From a virus (Duplodnaviria > Caudoviricetes): a stretch of DNA of 54,341 nt. The notes beneath the pieces were generated by a model. It made no database searches, was not told the origin of the DNA, and was given only the letters and a program-made list of their open reading frames with translations. The position numbers and the translations under genes are program-made. The stretch is taken from positions 1 through 54,341 of IMG/VR virus record IMGVR_UViG_3300021959_005230. One strand, written 5' to 3'. How positions within the stretch are numbered: position 1 is the stretch's first letter; every line of letters starts with the position of its first letter. This document shows positions 1 to 9,137 of this stretch, piece by piece.

Positions 1-1951
1 CTACTTGTTTTAACACACCATGTTTGCTTTGCTTAATACTTACATAACTACGTGGTGGTTCAATACCGTTTGTGCTGTTGCTAATCTGTGCTGATGTTTC
101 TGCTGGCATAAGTGCCATTAGTGTTGAATTACGGATACCAGTTTCTTTTAACTGCTTACGCAATCCTTTCCAATCTTGTCTTTCTTTGTGCTTAACTAAC
201 TCATCAACGTCTGTTTTGTAAGTTTGGTTAGGTGTAATACCGTGTCCGTATTTTGTCTGCATTGTTAGTGGACATTTGCCTTTTTCCTGTGCCAGATCAG
301 CACTTGCTTTTATAAGTCCATAACTCCATGCTTCTGCCCATTCATCCACTAATGCTAGATTAGGTTCTTGATATGTGCTGTCATGTTTTGCTAACCAATA
401 TGCAAAGTTTATAATGCCTACTCCTAATGGACGTCGGTTCATTGTACTTAGTTCTGCCGCTAGTACTGGGTACTCTTGGTAGTCTAATAATTCATCTAAT
501 GCTCTTACGGCTAGATTAGATATCTTTTGCATTTCCTGTAGGTCTTTTATAACACCCCAATTTACAGCACTTAATGTACACAAACTAATTTCACCTGTAG
601 GATCATTTATGTCACTTAACGGTTTGGTTGGTAAATTAATTTCGCAACACAAATTACTTTGTTTAATAGGTGCTACTTCTTCTATGAACGAACCATGTGT
701 GTTAGCATGATCAACATTCATTAAGTATATTCTACCTGTGTCTTTTCTTTCTGTTACAAAAGAACTAAACAACTCTATAGCAGGCATACTTTTCTTTCTG
801 ATGCTTGTCATACGTTCTGCTTTTTCATATAACTCTTGAAACTTGTCTTGGTCTTGGAAAAAAGCATCATAAAGTCCTGGTACGTCTTGAGGGCTAAACA
901 ATGTTATGTTACCACCACTAATTAACCTTTCGTACATCAATTTGTTAAACTGTACACCATAGTCCATATGACGCACTCTGTTGTCCTCTGTGCCTTTGTT
1001 ATTCTTTAATACTAATAAGTCCTCAACTTCCAAATGCCAAATAGGATAGTATAACGTTGCCGCTCCACCTCTTACTCCACCTTGACTGCAACTCTTGACT
1101 GCTGATTGGAACATTTTATAGAAAGGAATAACTCCTGTGTGAGTTGCATCTCCACTCCTAATTTTAGAACCAACAGCTCTAATACTACCTGCGCCTATAC
1201 CTATGCCTGCCTTTTGACTTACATACTTTACAATAGCACTAGAGGTTGCATTAATACTATCCAAACTATCATCAGTTTCTATAAGTACGCAACTACTAAA
1301 TTGTCTTTGTGGTGTACGCACACCTGCCATAACTGGCGTAGGCAAGGAAATTTTAAATGTACTAATAGCATCATAATATGCTTTTACATAACTCATTCTA
1401 GTTTCTGCTGGATACTTGCTAAACAATGTTGCTGAAATCATCATGTATGCAACTTGTGGTGTTTCAAATATTTCACCACTTGCTCTATTTTGTACTAGGT
1501 ACTTGCCACGGAATTGTTCCATTGCCGCATAAGTTAAAACTTCATCTCGTTCATGATTGATATAATCGTTTAGTTCGTTGATATCTTCTTTTGTATATAG
1601 ATCAGTAAACTCAGCATCGTAAAACCCTTTATCAATATTATCTTGAATAATATCGCACAAACAAGGAGGAGTAAATGTTCCATAAACTTGTTTACGCAAA
1701 TGATAGTTAATTAGCCTTCCTGCTACATATTGATAGTTTGGTGTTTCTTCTGATATAAGGTCTGCCGCACTTTTAATAAGTGTTTCTTGTACATCTTCTG
1801 ATGCAATACCGTCATAGAATTGAATGTTACTGTTTATTTCAACTTGACTAGCACTTACCCCAGAAATATCTTCACATGCATATTGTACTACTTTATGTAA
1901 CTTGTCTATATTTAAATCTTCTAGTGTGCCGTCTCTTTTCTTAACTTGCAT
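1..1951 (-). CDS. nrdA: Ribonucleotide reductase class Ia alpha subunit (3' end runs off the window)
   Basis: Not in the ORF track because it is truncated. Manual translation from ATG at 1951 gives MQVKKRDGTLEDLNIDKLHKVV (ATP cone), then PTPVMAGVRTPQRQFSSCVLI, SQGGVRGGAAT, SNLCCEI and LCTLSA, all NrdA motifs. Confidence 0.96.
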   Translation of the reverse strand, partial: MQVKKRDGTLEDLNIDKLHKVVQYACEDISGVSASQVEINSNIQFYDGIASEDVQETLIKSAADLISEETPNYQYVAGRLINYHLRKQVYGTFTPPCLCDIIQDNIDKGFYDAEFTDLYTKEDINELNDYINHERDEVLTYAAMEQFRGKYLVQNRASGEIFETPQVAYMMISATLFSKYPAETRMSYVKAYYDAISTFKISLPTPVMAGVRTPQRQFSSCVLIETDDSLDSINATSSAIVKYVSQKAGIGIGAGSIRAVGSKIRSGDATHTGVIPFYKMFQSAVKSCSQGGVRGGAATLYYPIWHLEVEDLLVLKNNKGTEDNRVRHMDYGVQFNKLMYERLISGGNITLFSPQDVPGLYDAFFQDQDKFQELYEKAERMTSIRKKSMPAIELFSSFVTERKDTGRIYLMNVDHANTHGSFIEEVAPIKQSNLCCEINLPTKPLSDINDPTGEISLCTLSAVNWGVIKDLQEMQKISNLAVRALDELLDYQEYPVLAAELSTMNRRPLGVGIINFAYWLAKHDSTYQEPNLALVDEWAEAWSYGLIKASADLAQEKGKCPLTMQTKYGHGITPNQTYKTDVDELVKHKERQDWKGLRKQLKETGIRNSTLMALMPAETSAQISNSTNGIEPPRSYVSIKQSKHGVLKQV

Positions 1952-1990
1952 GTGTGTATTTTTCCCTGCTGTTTCTGTATTGTAAAGTAA

Positions 1991-2035
1991 TATTTATCGC
2001 AGAATAATTCTACTATAAAACTATACAAAAGTCAA
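1991..2035 (-). promoter_or_regulatory. Tandem promoters for nrdA: sigma70-like TTGACT-17-TAGAAT (2007-2035) and late-type GATAAATA (1991-1998)
   Basis: Both motifs read directly on the minus strand upstream of nrdA. Confidence 0.65.
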
Positions 2036-2466
2036 TAAGAAAGTTTATTTTTATTTAATTTATGTGTTTGAAATACAGTTGCGTTTTCTTTCACAAATTC
2101 CCAACTTTCTATCTTACCTGATGTAAAATTGTAAACGTTATTATCATCTAGCAGTACTATACCAGAGTCTCCGTTTATGTTATTACTTATCACTGGAAAG
2201 TATAATTCTTCACTAGTAATGAAACCTTTATTAATCAGTGTAGATGTAAGTAGTAATGTAACACCTGTTTGGCATAAGTAACCTTCTGATAAAATTTCAA
2301 AAGGATCTGGCCAACTTTTGGGAGTATAATAATCTAGATAACGTGAAAGTATTATAATATTAGAAAATTCTTCAACAACAGATTCTATAGACAAATGTTC
2401 TTTTTGTCTTATCTCTCTCCAAATTCGTAATCTATCTGATGCGTTATGAGTCTTTAGAAACATCAA
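2032..2466 (-). CDS. Hypothetical protein, possibly transglutaminase-like cysteine protease fold
   Basis: DYYTPKSWPDPFEILSEGYLCQTG resembles the W-x-x-P-x-E...C motif of transglutaminase-like proteins; weak. Confidence 0.45.
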   Translation of the reverse strand: MMFLKTHNASDRLRIWREIRQKEHLSIESVVEEFSNIIILSRYLDYYTPKSWPDPFEILSEGYLCQTGVTLLLTSTLINKGFITSEELYFPVISNNINGDSGIVLLDDNNVYNFTSGKIESWEFVKENATVFQTHKLNKNKLSY

Positions 2467-2469
2467 TCA

Positions 2470-4596
2470 TTATGTTAAAGGTGCGTTCCATTTTCTTACA
2501 ATATATTTCATATTGCAAGATTCACTAACACTACTAACTGCTGTTAATGTTAAAACACTACTGGCTACATTTGCCTGGAATTGAACATTTCCTGTTACAC
2601 TACCAACTGCTTTGTCAGTACCATAATCCTGTATAACTACGTCTGCAGGTTGTCCTGAACCATAGTCATAACTTGATAACTGTAACAGTCCAACTTTTCT
2701 GTATAAGTTAGCACCATTTCTAAAATCTAAAGAATAATCAATTACAAAAGTATCATATGTAGTCATATCAAAAGTTTTAATGTTGGTATTTGCAGTTGCC
2801 GGTACACTTGCTGTTTCTGTTGAGTCATATCCTACATCAGGTAATCCACTTGCGGCACCTTCGGCAGTTTGTAACTGAATGTTATTTTTTACATTTGTTA
2901 AACCACGTGAGTTGACAACTAGACTTCCTAAGCCACCTGAACCAGGTGTATTATAAACATTGTATTCAAAATATAATTTGTTTACAAGAGTTGAGAAGTT
3001 TCTGGCTTCTTCATTACTGTTAAAGGTTATCTCTGTACCTTCAGTATTAGTATTTAAACTGTATGTACCTATAGCGGATTTAACTGCTGTGTTACTTGTA
3101 TATTCTTGATTAGTATCTACTGACACATACATATTAAGTGCCGGATCTATCATTGCTTCGTATAAGAATATTTCTAATTTTGCTTTGATTGAGTCTTCTT
3201 TAGTATACGATTTTGGGTCTAATTGTAATTTTGACAAAGTTGGGTTCACTGCATCTTCATGTAATGTAAAGTCTAAAGGTGTGCTACTTTGAGCAGATTT
3301 ATGAGTAAAGTAAACTTTTGAAGAGGATACTTGGTTACCTGTACTTGTATTATATTGCGGTAATAGTTGTAAACTCTGCCAAGGTGTAGTTGTTATTGAC
3401 CCAGTTGTGATATCGCCTGTATTGTTTACTATGCCTGTAACTGTGCTTAATGCTGGTGTAACGTTACCACCACTAGATGCACCTGATAAATCAAATTGTA
3501 ATACTCTTGTATGACTTAATGTACCTGATGCGGCTAGAGTACCAACTGCTGTATAAGTAAAATGAGTTGCGTTTGCGGTGTCTATCTTATATACTCCGTC
3601 AACATCTGAATCACTTCCGCCTGTTACATAAACTCTGTTAAAGTTATTTGCTGTTGTAGAGTAATAATTGTTTGCATTTGTGTATGCAACTCTTACAGAT
3701 TGACCTGCTGTTGTAAAATTAGCACTATCTTGTTTTTCGCTAGTTCTACTTACTGATAAATTACCTAAGCCTGCCATTGTACTAACATTTGCAGTACTAC
3801 TTGAAATAATCGCTGTATGTTTATGTTGTAATCCAATATAACCAGTACCTGTTGTGGCATTAACAAGTATTAAATCTGTAGGTATTTGTAAAAATGTAGG
3901 AACATCATTTTTATTATAAAAATTTGTTAGCCCAGTATAACTAGGTCTTATGTTTTGATCACTACTACTAGCACCATCTAATGATCTAATAATAGCAGAG
4001 TTACCATAATATGTAATTCCTATGTCATCACTAGTTAGTGGGACCGTTTTAAATGTTATAGTATGGTCGTTACCTAAAGTTGTTCCTGATGTAAAAATGT
4101 AATCTTCTGTTGTTAAGTTACCTATAGATGCTGTAGTATTTCCTACTAGTACAGTACCATTTTTTACAACTGTTAAATCATCGGCATCAAAAGCCGCATT
4201 GGATTCTATACTAACAACATTACCAGCACCAACAGTACTTCTAAAAACGTCTCTTGAATTATCAGTAGCACTAACATCTGATTGGCCAGTATATGTAAAA
4301 GCCTTTGCTGTTCCGTCTAAACCATCTAAACTTGTATTAAAACGCCTGTGAGGAACTGTAAAACTTATTATTTGATTACCAGCAATACTGTCTACTATCT
4401 GTTTTGCATTATCTGTGTTTTCAAATATCAATACTTTGTTTTCAGTAGAGTTAATTTCTCCGCCACCAATAAACACCTGTCTGCTATCAGTTGATAAACC
4501 AATTTCACCAGAGCGAAGTGGTTGAGGCAAGTCTTGTTTTAACCCTCTACGATTTTGTATTCTTGATACTACTACTGTGTTATTACTTGTTGCCAT
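2470..4596 (-). CDS. Virion structural protein / tail fibre-like, Mtd-N-like N-terminus
   Basis: RIQNRRG...LRSGEIGLSTDSRQVFIG N-terminal motif; Thr/Ser/Gly/Asn-rich beta-type composition; late promoter at 4622-4629 and AGGAGA SD. Confidence 0.7.
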   Translation of the reverse strand: MATSNNTVVVSRIQNRRGLKQDLPQPLRSGEIGLSTDSRQVFIGGGEINSTENKVLIFENTDNAKQIVDSIAGNQIISFTVPHRRFNTSLDGLDGTAKAFTYTGQSDVSATDNSRDVFRSTVGAGNVVSIESNAAFDADDLTVVKNGTVLVGNTTASIGNLTTEDYIFTSGTTLGNDHTITFKTVPLTSDDIGITYYGNSAIIRSLDGASSSDQNIRPSYTGLTNFYNKNDVPTFLQIPTDLILVNATTGTGYIGLQHKHTAIISSSTANVSTMAGLGNLSVSRTSEKQDSANFTTAGQSVRVAYTNANNYYSTTANNFNRVYVTGGSDSDVDGVYKIDTANATHFTYTAVGTLAASGTLSHTRVLQFDLSGASSGGNVTPALSTVTGIVNNTGDITTGSITTTPWQSLQLLPQYNTSTGNQVSSSKVYFTHKSAQSSTPLDFTLHEDAVNPTLSKLQLDPKSYTKEDSIKAKLEIFLYEAMIDPALNMYVSVDTNQEYTSNTAVKSAIGTYSLNTNTEGTEITFNSNEEARNFSTLVNKLYFEYNVYNTPGSGGLGSLVVNSRGLTNVKNNIQLQTAEGAASGLPDVGYDSTETASVPATANTNIKTFDMTTYDTFVIDYSLDFRNGANLYRKVGLLQLSSYDYGSGQPADVVIQDYGTDKAVGSVTGNVQFQANVASSVLTLTAVSSVSESCNMKYIVRKWNAPLT

Positions 4597-4643
4597 ACTA
4601 AATAAGTCTCCTATTACCTAGTATTTATCATTTTGCGAAAACT

Positions 4644-5321
4644 TTATGAAACCTTTGCGTAATAATCTGCTAGTCGATCTGACCATTTATTACAATATTC
4701 CTCAAATTCATCACCTTCAATGGTATATTCAGCAAATTTGCCTTCTCTGTCTACCATAAGTATTACTACTTTGCTGATTTCTGTACCCATCATTTCATTG
4801 TGTGCTAATGCGTATGCACAACCCTGCATGAAGTAATCTTCAATCCATTTACGAGGTTTAATCTTTTTAGCAGTTTTAAAATCAATGATAGCATCTTGTC
4901 CTTCGTATACTCCAATAGCATCTGAAGTACCTGCATATAAACCTGCCGCAATTAAACCTACTTCAACACCCCAAAGTTCATCTACCTTTGTGAGTCCTTT
5001 GTCTATCATTTCTTCCAGCATGTTTTTAGCCATAATGCTGATGTGATTATTACCTTTTATTTCGTAATCTTCTTTTAATACATACTTTTCTATAGCATTG
5101 TGTACTTTAGTACCTAATCCTGCCGCCTCTGAGCTTATACGATTTGCTTCTGCATCACCTACACGTTTACGCCAGTTAAGTAAACCAGTTTTATCACCTG
5201 TTTCACTTAATACTGTTGTTACACTTGGTACTGGAATACTGTCGTCTCCAACGTATTGTCTTTTACCATTTGATTGAGTTTCTCTTCGCAGAGTGGGGTA
5301 TTCGAATTTGTTTATTAGCAT
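4644..5321 (-). CDS. PD-(D/E)XK exonuclease (phage exonuclease / Cas4-like superfamily)
   Basis: PSVTTVL, GTKVH, YAGTSDAI, IIDFKT and Q..AYA motifs. Confidence 0.85.
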   Translation of the reverse strand: MLINKFEYPTLRRETQSNGKRQYVGDDSIPVPSVTTVLSETGDKTGLLNWRKRVGDAEANRISSEAAGLGTKVHNAIEKYVLKEDYEIKGNNHISIMAKNMLEEMIDKGLTKVDELWGVEVGLIAAGLYAGTSDAIGVYEGQDAIIDFKTAKKIKPRKWIEDYFMQGCAYALAHNEMMGTEISKVVILMVDREGKFAEYTIEGDEFEEYCNKWSDRLADYYAKVS

Positions 5322-5353
5322 TAATTGTTTTTAGTTGTTCGTTATAATTCTAT

Positions 5354-5674
5354 TTACCAGGAAACGTTCCAAGTAATAGTATTATTTGAACTAGAATTAG
5401 TTAAAATGGAAATACCATACCCTAAATCGGTAAAGTATTTTTTAACATAATTAATTTGATCTAATTTTGTGGGATCTGTTGTAGTTCCGTTCCAAACATA
5501 GTAATAGACATTACTGTTTGTCATTGTTGATGATGATATAATATTTGCATATAAAACACCATTATCTATATTTGCAAAAACTTCTGATTCAATAGTTTTT
5601 ATTTCACCATGTATTACTACATTGTTTCTAGTATTAGCTCGTGCCTGAGTGGCATTTACAAAAATATTAGCCAT
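5354..5674 (-). CDS. Hypothetical protein (probably virion-associated)
   Basis: Intact ORF, TAATG-coupled to the upstream gene. Confidence 0.6.
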   Translation of the reverse strand: MANIFVNATQARANTRNNVVIHGEIKTIESEVFANIDNGVLYANIISSSTMTNSNVYYYVWNGTTTDPTKLDQINYVKKYFTDLGYGISILTNSSSNNTITWNVSW

Positions 5675-6024
5675 TATAACTCCGCTTTAATATCTGCTAG
5701 GGCTTGATCGCCTGCCATATTTCCTACATCTACTGAAGGCTCATCTACATCTGTGTCTATATCAGCACCCAACTCATCTTTAGGTACAATAACATCATCG
5801 TCAATACTGTTAGCAAATCCACTAGTTTGGACTACTAATTTTAATTGGTCCATGGATAAATCAGGATAACCATTTGCGTCTAAAATCTTTAGGAGTTTTT
5901 TCGTTGATATTTTTTTAATATCACGGTTCATAGCAACTGTTATAATATCTTGTACTTTTGCTAGTAATCCTGTATTAAACGACTGGTCTTTTTCCGTTAC
6001 TGATATAACCTCATTAATGAGCAT
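5674..6024 (-). CDS. Hypothetical acidic protein with MLINEVISVTE leader
   Basis: Intact ORF; N-terminal motif shared with neighbouring genes. Confidence 0.6.
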   Translation of the reverse strand: MLINEVISVTEKDQSFNTGLLAKVQDIITVAMNRDIKKISTKKLLKILDANGYPDLSMDQLKLVVQTSGFANSIDDDVIVPKDELGADIDTDVDEPSVDVGNMAGDQALADIKAEL

Positions 6025-6026
6025 TA

Positions 6027-7346
6027 TTAACCCTCTACAGGTGCTCTACCTAGTGGCTCTTCTTCTGGTCCTGCCGCCGCTGGTTCGTTAATGTCCATTT
6101 CAGGTTCTGGCATATCCATATCCATATCATCAATTGGACTATCTGCTCCAATAGGATCTTCTATATTACCCATCTCATTACCACCTAATGACATTTCCTG
6201 TCCAGTAATACCACCTACTAATTGGTTAACACCATCTTTTGCTTGTTTAGTATTATCTAATGCGGCACTTAAAACTGTTTCTGCTTCTTCTTTAAATTGA
6301 GCGGCCTTGTCAGCACCAAACTCATGTATCATTTGATCTGCAATAGCAGGAATGTCTTCGTTTACCATTCTGCCTAATCTTTCAACGTGGTCCTGAATGT
6401 CGTCTGCTAATGCTCTTACAGCCATAACAACTTCGGCTTCTTCTACTGAAGTGCCTTCAAGTTCTTCATTTAATAGTTCGTCTATAATACTGTCAAACAT
6501 ACTTTCGTTTTTCTTTTCTGTTTTGTCAAGCATATCTTTAACTTCGTCTGCTGACATGTTTATCTTTTTACCAATCTCTTCGTCGCTCATGCCTTTGTCT
6601 CTGAGACTATGGCCAAATTTTGTTGCTTCGTTAGTTTTATGTTGAGCAACTTTGGCTCCAAAGAATTTAATACCATTTGATAAAGCATCTTCTTCTAAAC
6701 CGTTAAGGAAGCCAACAACTGAGTCTCTGCTCTTGCCTGATACTTCAGCAAACATGCCTAATTTTTCTTCTATAGCATCTATGCTTGAAGGGTCTGTAAG
6801 TTCAAGACCTACTTCTTTTGCTAGTTCACTTAGTAGGTATTCGTTTAAATCTGTACTAGGACCTTCTGTTGCAATCTCTTCTAATGATTCACAATTACTA
6901 TCTTGCATATATTGTTTTGCCGCCATCATTACAATAGGAAGTGCCCATTCTTCGCTGTGAGCTGTTGGACCTTTTTTAAAGTTAACCATACAGTTTGTTA
7001 CTGCTTCTGATTCTGTACATCCGCCATCCATCAAACTTTGTACTTCTGCACATAGTTTTTCTTTCATTTGCACATTTGCTGGTGACTCTGCATACATTCC
7101 TTCTGCAATCATAGTCTGCATAACATCTTTTATTCCAAGATATTTTGCATATTCAGGCTCTAACTGAAATTGCTTCTTTGTATCTTTTAATTTAATGATA
7201 GCCATTTCTGACATCTCTAAAATAGTTTGAAGTTTTTCCTTTTTAGGGAATGATGACTTGATTGACATGCCAAACTCTTCACTTAAGAGTTTATTGATCT
7301 TTTTGATCTTTGCTTGTCCTTGTTGATTTAAATCTCTAATAAACAT
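6027..7346 (-). CDS. Acidic helical protein, candidate prohead core/scaffold-type protein
   Basis: Very Glu/Asp-rich, many (L/I)xE sites, Pro/acidic tail; late promoter at 7380-7387. Function is inference. Confidence 0.5.
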   Translation of the reverse strand: MFIRDLNQQGQAKIKKINKLLSEEFGMSIKSSFPKKEKLQTILEMSEMAIIKLKDTKKQFQLEPEYAKYLGIKDVMQTMIAEGMYAESPANVQMKEKLCAEVQSLMDGGCTESEAVTNCMVNFKKGPTAHSEEWALPIVMMAAKQYMQDSNCESLEEIATEGPSTDLNEYLLSELAKEVGLELTDPSSIDAIEEKLGMFAEVSGKSRDSVVGFLNGLEEDALSNGIKFFGAKVAQHKTNEATKFGHSLRDKGMSDEEIGKKINMSADEVKDMLDKTEKKNESMFDSIIDELLNEELEGTSVEEAEVVMAVRALADDIQDHVERLGRMVNEDIPAIADQMIHEFGADKAAQFKEEAETVLSAALDNTKQAKDGVNQLVGGITGQEMSLGGNEMGNIEDPIGADSPIDDMDMDMPEPEMDINEPAAAGPEEEPLGRAPVEG

Positions 7347-7407
7347 AGTTTCTTCCTAAAGTATATTCTATATACTCCTTATTTATCATTTATAGATGAT
7401 TTTTTGT

Positions 7408-7821
7408 CTAAAAATATGAGAGTTGCAGTTTTGCTTCCTTGATCATATGTAAACTATCCTGCATTCTGACACCTGCAGTAAACACCTTTACTTTGTCTTC
7501 ACTAGTTTTAATAGTATGCTTGTAAAATTGTAAGTCCATGTAGTGTTTAAAGTACTTGTCTACATGAGTTTGCATGTGCTTTCCGTTAATTTGTTCTTTT
7601 TCTAAATTAAAGTTTTTACAGGCCTGCTCAGCCATTTTTAAAAAGGGTACGTTTTCTACAACTACAGATCTATCTATGTAGTTTACAATATTATAACCTG
7701 GGTCTGTTTTCTTAATAACATATACGTTGCGTTTAGCAACTTTTTTGGCTAAACCATCTAACTTGTTAGCAAGATGTGTTTTATTATATTTTTTCCTTTT
7801 GTGGGTATATTTTGTAGCCAA
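7408..7821 (-). CDS. Hypothetical basic protein (likely start TTG at 7821; ORF track extends to 7878)
   Basis: AGGTG SD-like sequence before TTG GCT ACA AAA; this start reduces the overlap with the upstream gene. Confidence 0.55.
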   Translation of the reverse strand: MATKYTHKRKKYNKTHLANKLDGLAKKVAKRNVYVIKKTDPGYNIVNYIDRSVVVENVPFLKMAEQACKNFNLEKEQINGKHMQTHVDKYFKHYMDLQFYKHTIKTSEDKVKVFTAGVRMQDSLHMIKEAKLQLSYF

Positions 7822-8005
7822 CTTGTTCACCTTTTTGTATTTTTTGCAGTACGTCTTTTTTATAAAGTTCTTCTGCAATATATTGCTCTCTTTCGTTTAA
7901 ACTATTTACACTTACAAAGCCTGTAAGGTCAACTTTATTGAAAATTCTTGCTTCAGTACTACTGATAAGATTTAAATACTTGTTTTTGTCTTTAACTGCT
8001 CTCAT
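7784..8005 (-). CDS. Small hypothetical protein (likely start MRAVKDK at 8005), possible winged-helix-like C-terminus
   Basis: ATG at 8005 directly follows the stop of the upstream gene; EREQYIAEELYKKDVLQK. Confidence 0.55.
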   Translation of the reverse strand: MRAVKDKNKYLNLISSTEARIFNKVDLTGFVSVNSLNEREQYIAEELYKKDVLQKIQKGEQVGYKIYPQKEKI

Positions 8006-8006
8006 A

Positions 8007-8351
8007 TTAACCGGCGTGCATAGCCGCCATGTGTTTTTTATATTTCTTAGTGCCTTTCTTATGTGGTGATTTTCCTTCAACATACTTGTCCAAGTATTTG
8101 TTTTGTTGATTGGGCAATAACTCTTTGAAATCTTCTTCTGTTTTGCCTGGATTCTTACGTAGGTATTCTTGCTTTCCTAATTCATATGGTGAGTTGGGTC
8201 TCTGCAAATATGGAACTTGATCTTCTGTTGCTTTTTTCTTTTTGCTATATACACTAGGATTAGGTCTTTTTTGCATTTTACCCATAGGTTGAGCAACTGT
8301 GGCCATGCCACCTGCTGTTGTTGTTTCGTTTATTATATCTCTTATAAGCAT
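8007..8351 (-). CDS. Small basic protein with MLIRDIINE leader (candidate internal head protein)
   Basis: Leader ends in INE; short basic modules follow Glu residues; leaderless late promoter. Confidence 0.65.
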   Translation of the reverse strand: MLIRDIINETTTAGGMATVAQPMGKMQKRPNPSVYSKKKKATEDQVPYLQRPNSPYELGKQEYLRKNPGKTEEDFKELLPNQQNKYLDKYVEGKSPHKKGTKKYKKHMAAMHAG

Positions 8352-8363
8352 ACAACTATTTAT

Positions 8364-9125
8364 CTATCCAATTAATATTTCTAATTTAGAAATAATATCG
8401 CAGGCAATGTTATTATGTGTTTGCGGGCCATAATGTCCTATGTCTCTAGCCCAATCGTGTTGAGAACTAATTGTTTCAATTTTATTATGTATTACTAACG
8501 GCAAATTATTTCTTAAACAGAAGGATTTTATACTATTAAGTGCTAATAACTCTCCAGCCCAAATATTTGTATCTTCGTCTACTTTATCAGAAACAGAATA
8601 GTTTATCCTTCCCAAAGGAGGTGTAAAGACTACTACTGCATCTATGAGACTGATATCTAAATCATCTTGTAAAAATAACATTGTATACAATGCAGAAACA
8701 TCTAGACCTTTGCCTGGCAATCCATAATTAAAACACTCTTTACTAAAATGTGATGATACCCTGTGTGCAAACGTTTGTTCCTCATGTAATCCTACTCCAA
8801 AAGTATGACTACAGCCTAAAAATAATATACCCTTATCTGTAATGGTATCTGTATTTTTACATCTAAAGCCATTTACATTTAAATTATATTCTATTTGTAC
8901 AGGTTCGCCTTGCTTATTACTCCATCCTAATTTATATAATAAAGACTTTGATGTTGGGTCTGATAAATGTTTATTAAATAGTTCTTGAGTATCATTGGGA
9001 TACCACTTTGTCGTTACATGATAATCTTTATTTTCACTATATGTACCTTCATTATTTTCCAAAGGCATATAATTTGCAAAGTCTTCAATAAGAATTTTTT
9101 TAAATGAGTTTAAGTCTACAGTCAT
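8364..9125 (-). CDS. SGNH/GDSL hydrolase-like protein
   Basis: FLGCSHTFGVG (block I), NYGLPGKG (block II) and C-terminal RDIGHYG (DxxH). Confidence 0.65.
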   Translation of the reverse strand: MTVDLNSFKKILIEDFANYMPLENNEGTYSENKDYHVTTKWYPNDTQELFNKHLSDPTSKSLLYKLGWSNKQGEPVQIEYNLNVNGFRCKNTDTITDKGILFLGCSHTFGVGLHEEQTFAHRVSSHFSKECFNYGLPGKGLDVSALYTMLFLQDDLDISLIDAVVVFTPPLGRINYSVSDKVDEDTNIWAGELLALNSIKSFCLRNNLPLVIHNKIETISSQHDWARDIGHYGPQTHNNIACDIISKLEILIG

Positions 9126-9137
9126 GCAGATATTTAG

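Noticed and set aside
1106-1435. Plus-strand 109-aa ORF
   Set aside because: Antisense shadow of nrdA, which occupies 1-1951 on the minus strand.
2470-4596. Mtd-like N-terminus suggesting a diversity-generating retroelement target
   Set aside because: No reverse transcriptase or template/variable repeat pair was seen in this window.
4644-5321. Cas4-like nuclease as a sign of CRISPR
   Set aside because: No repeat-spacer array or other cas genes were seen, and it lacks the Cas4 Fe-S cysteine set; ordinary phage exonuclease.
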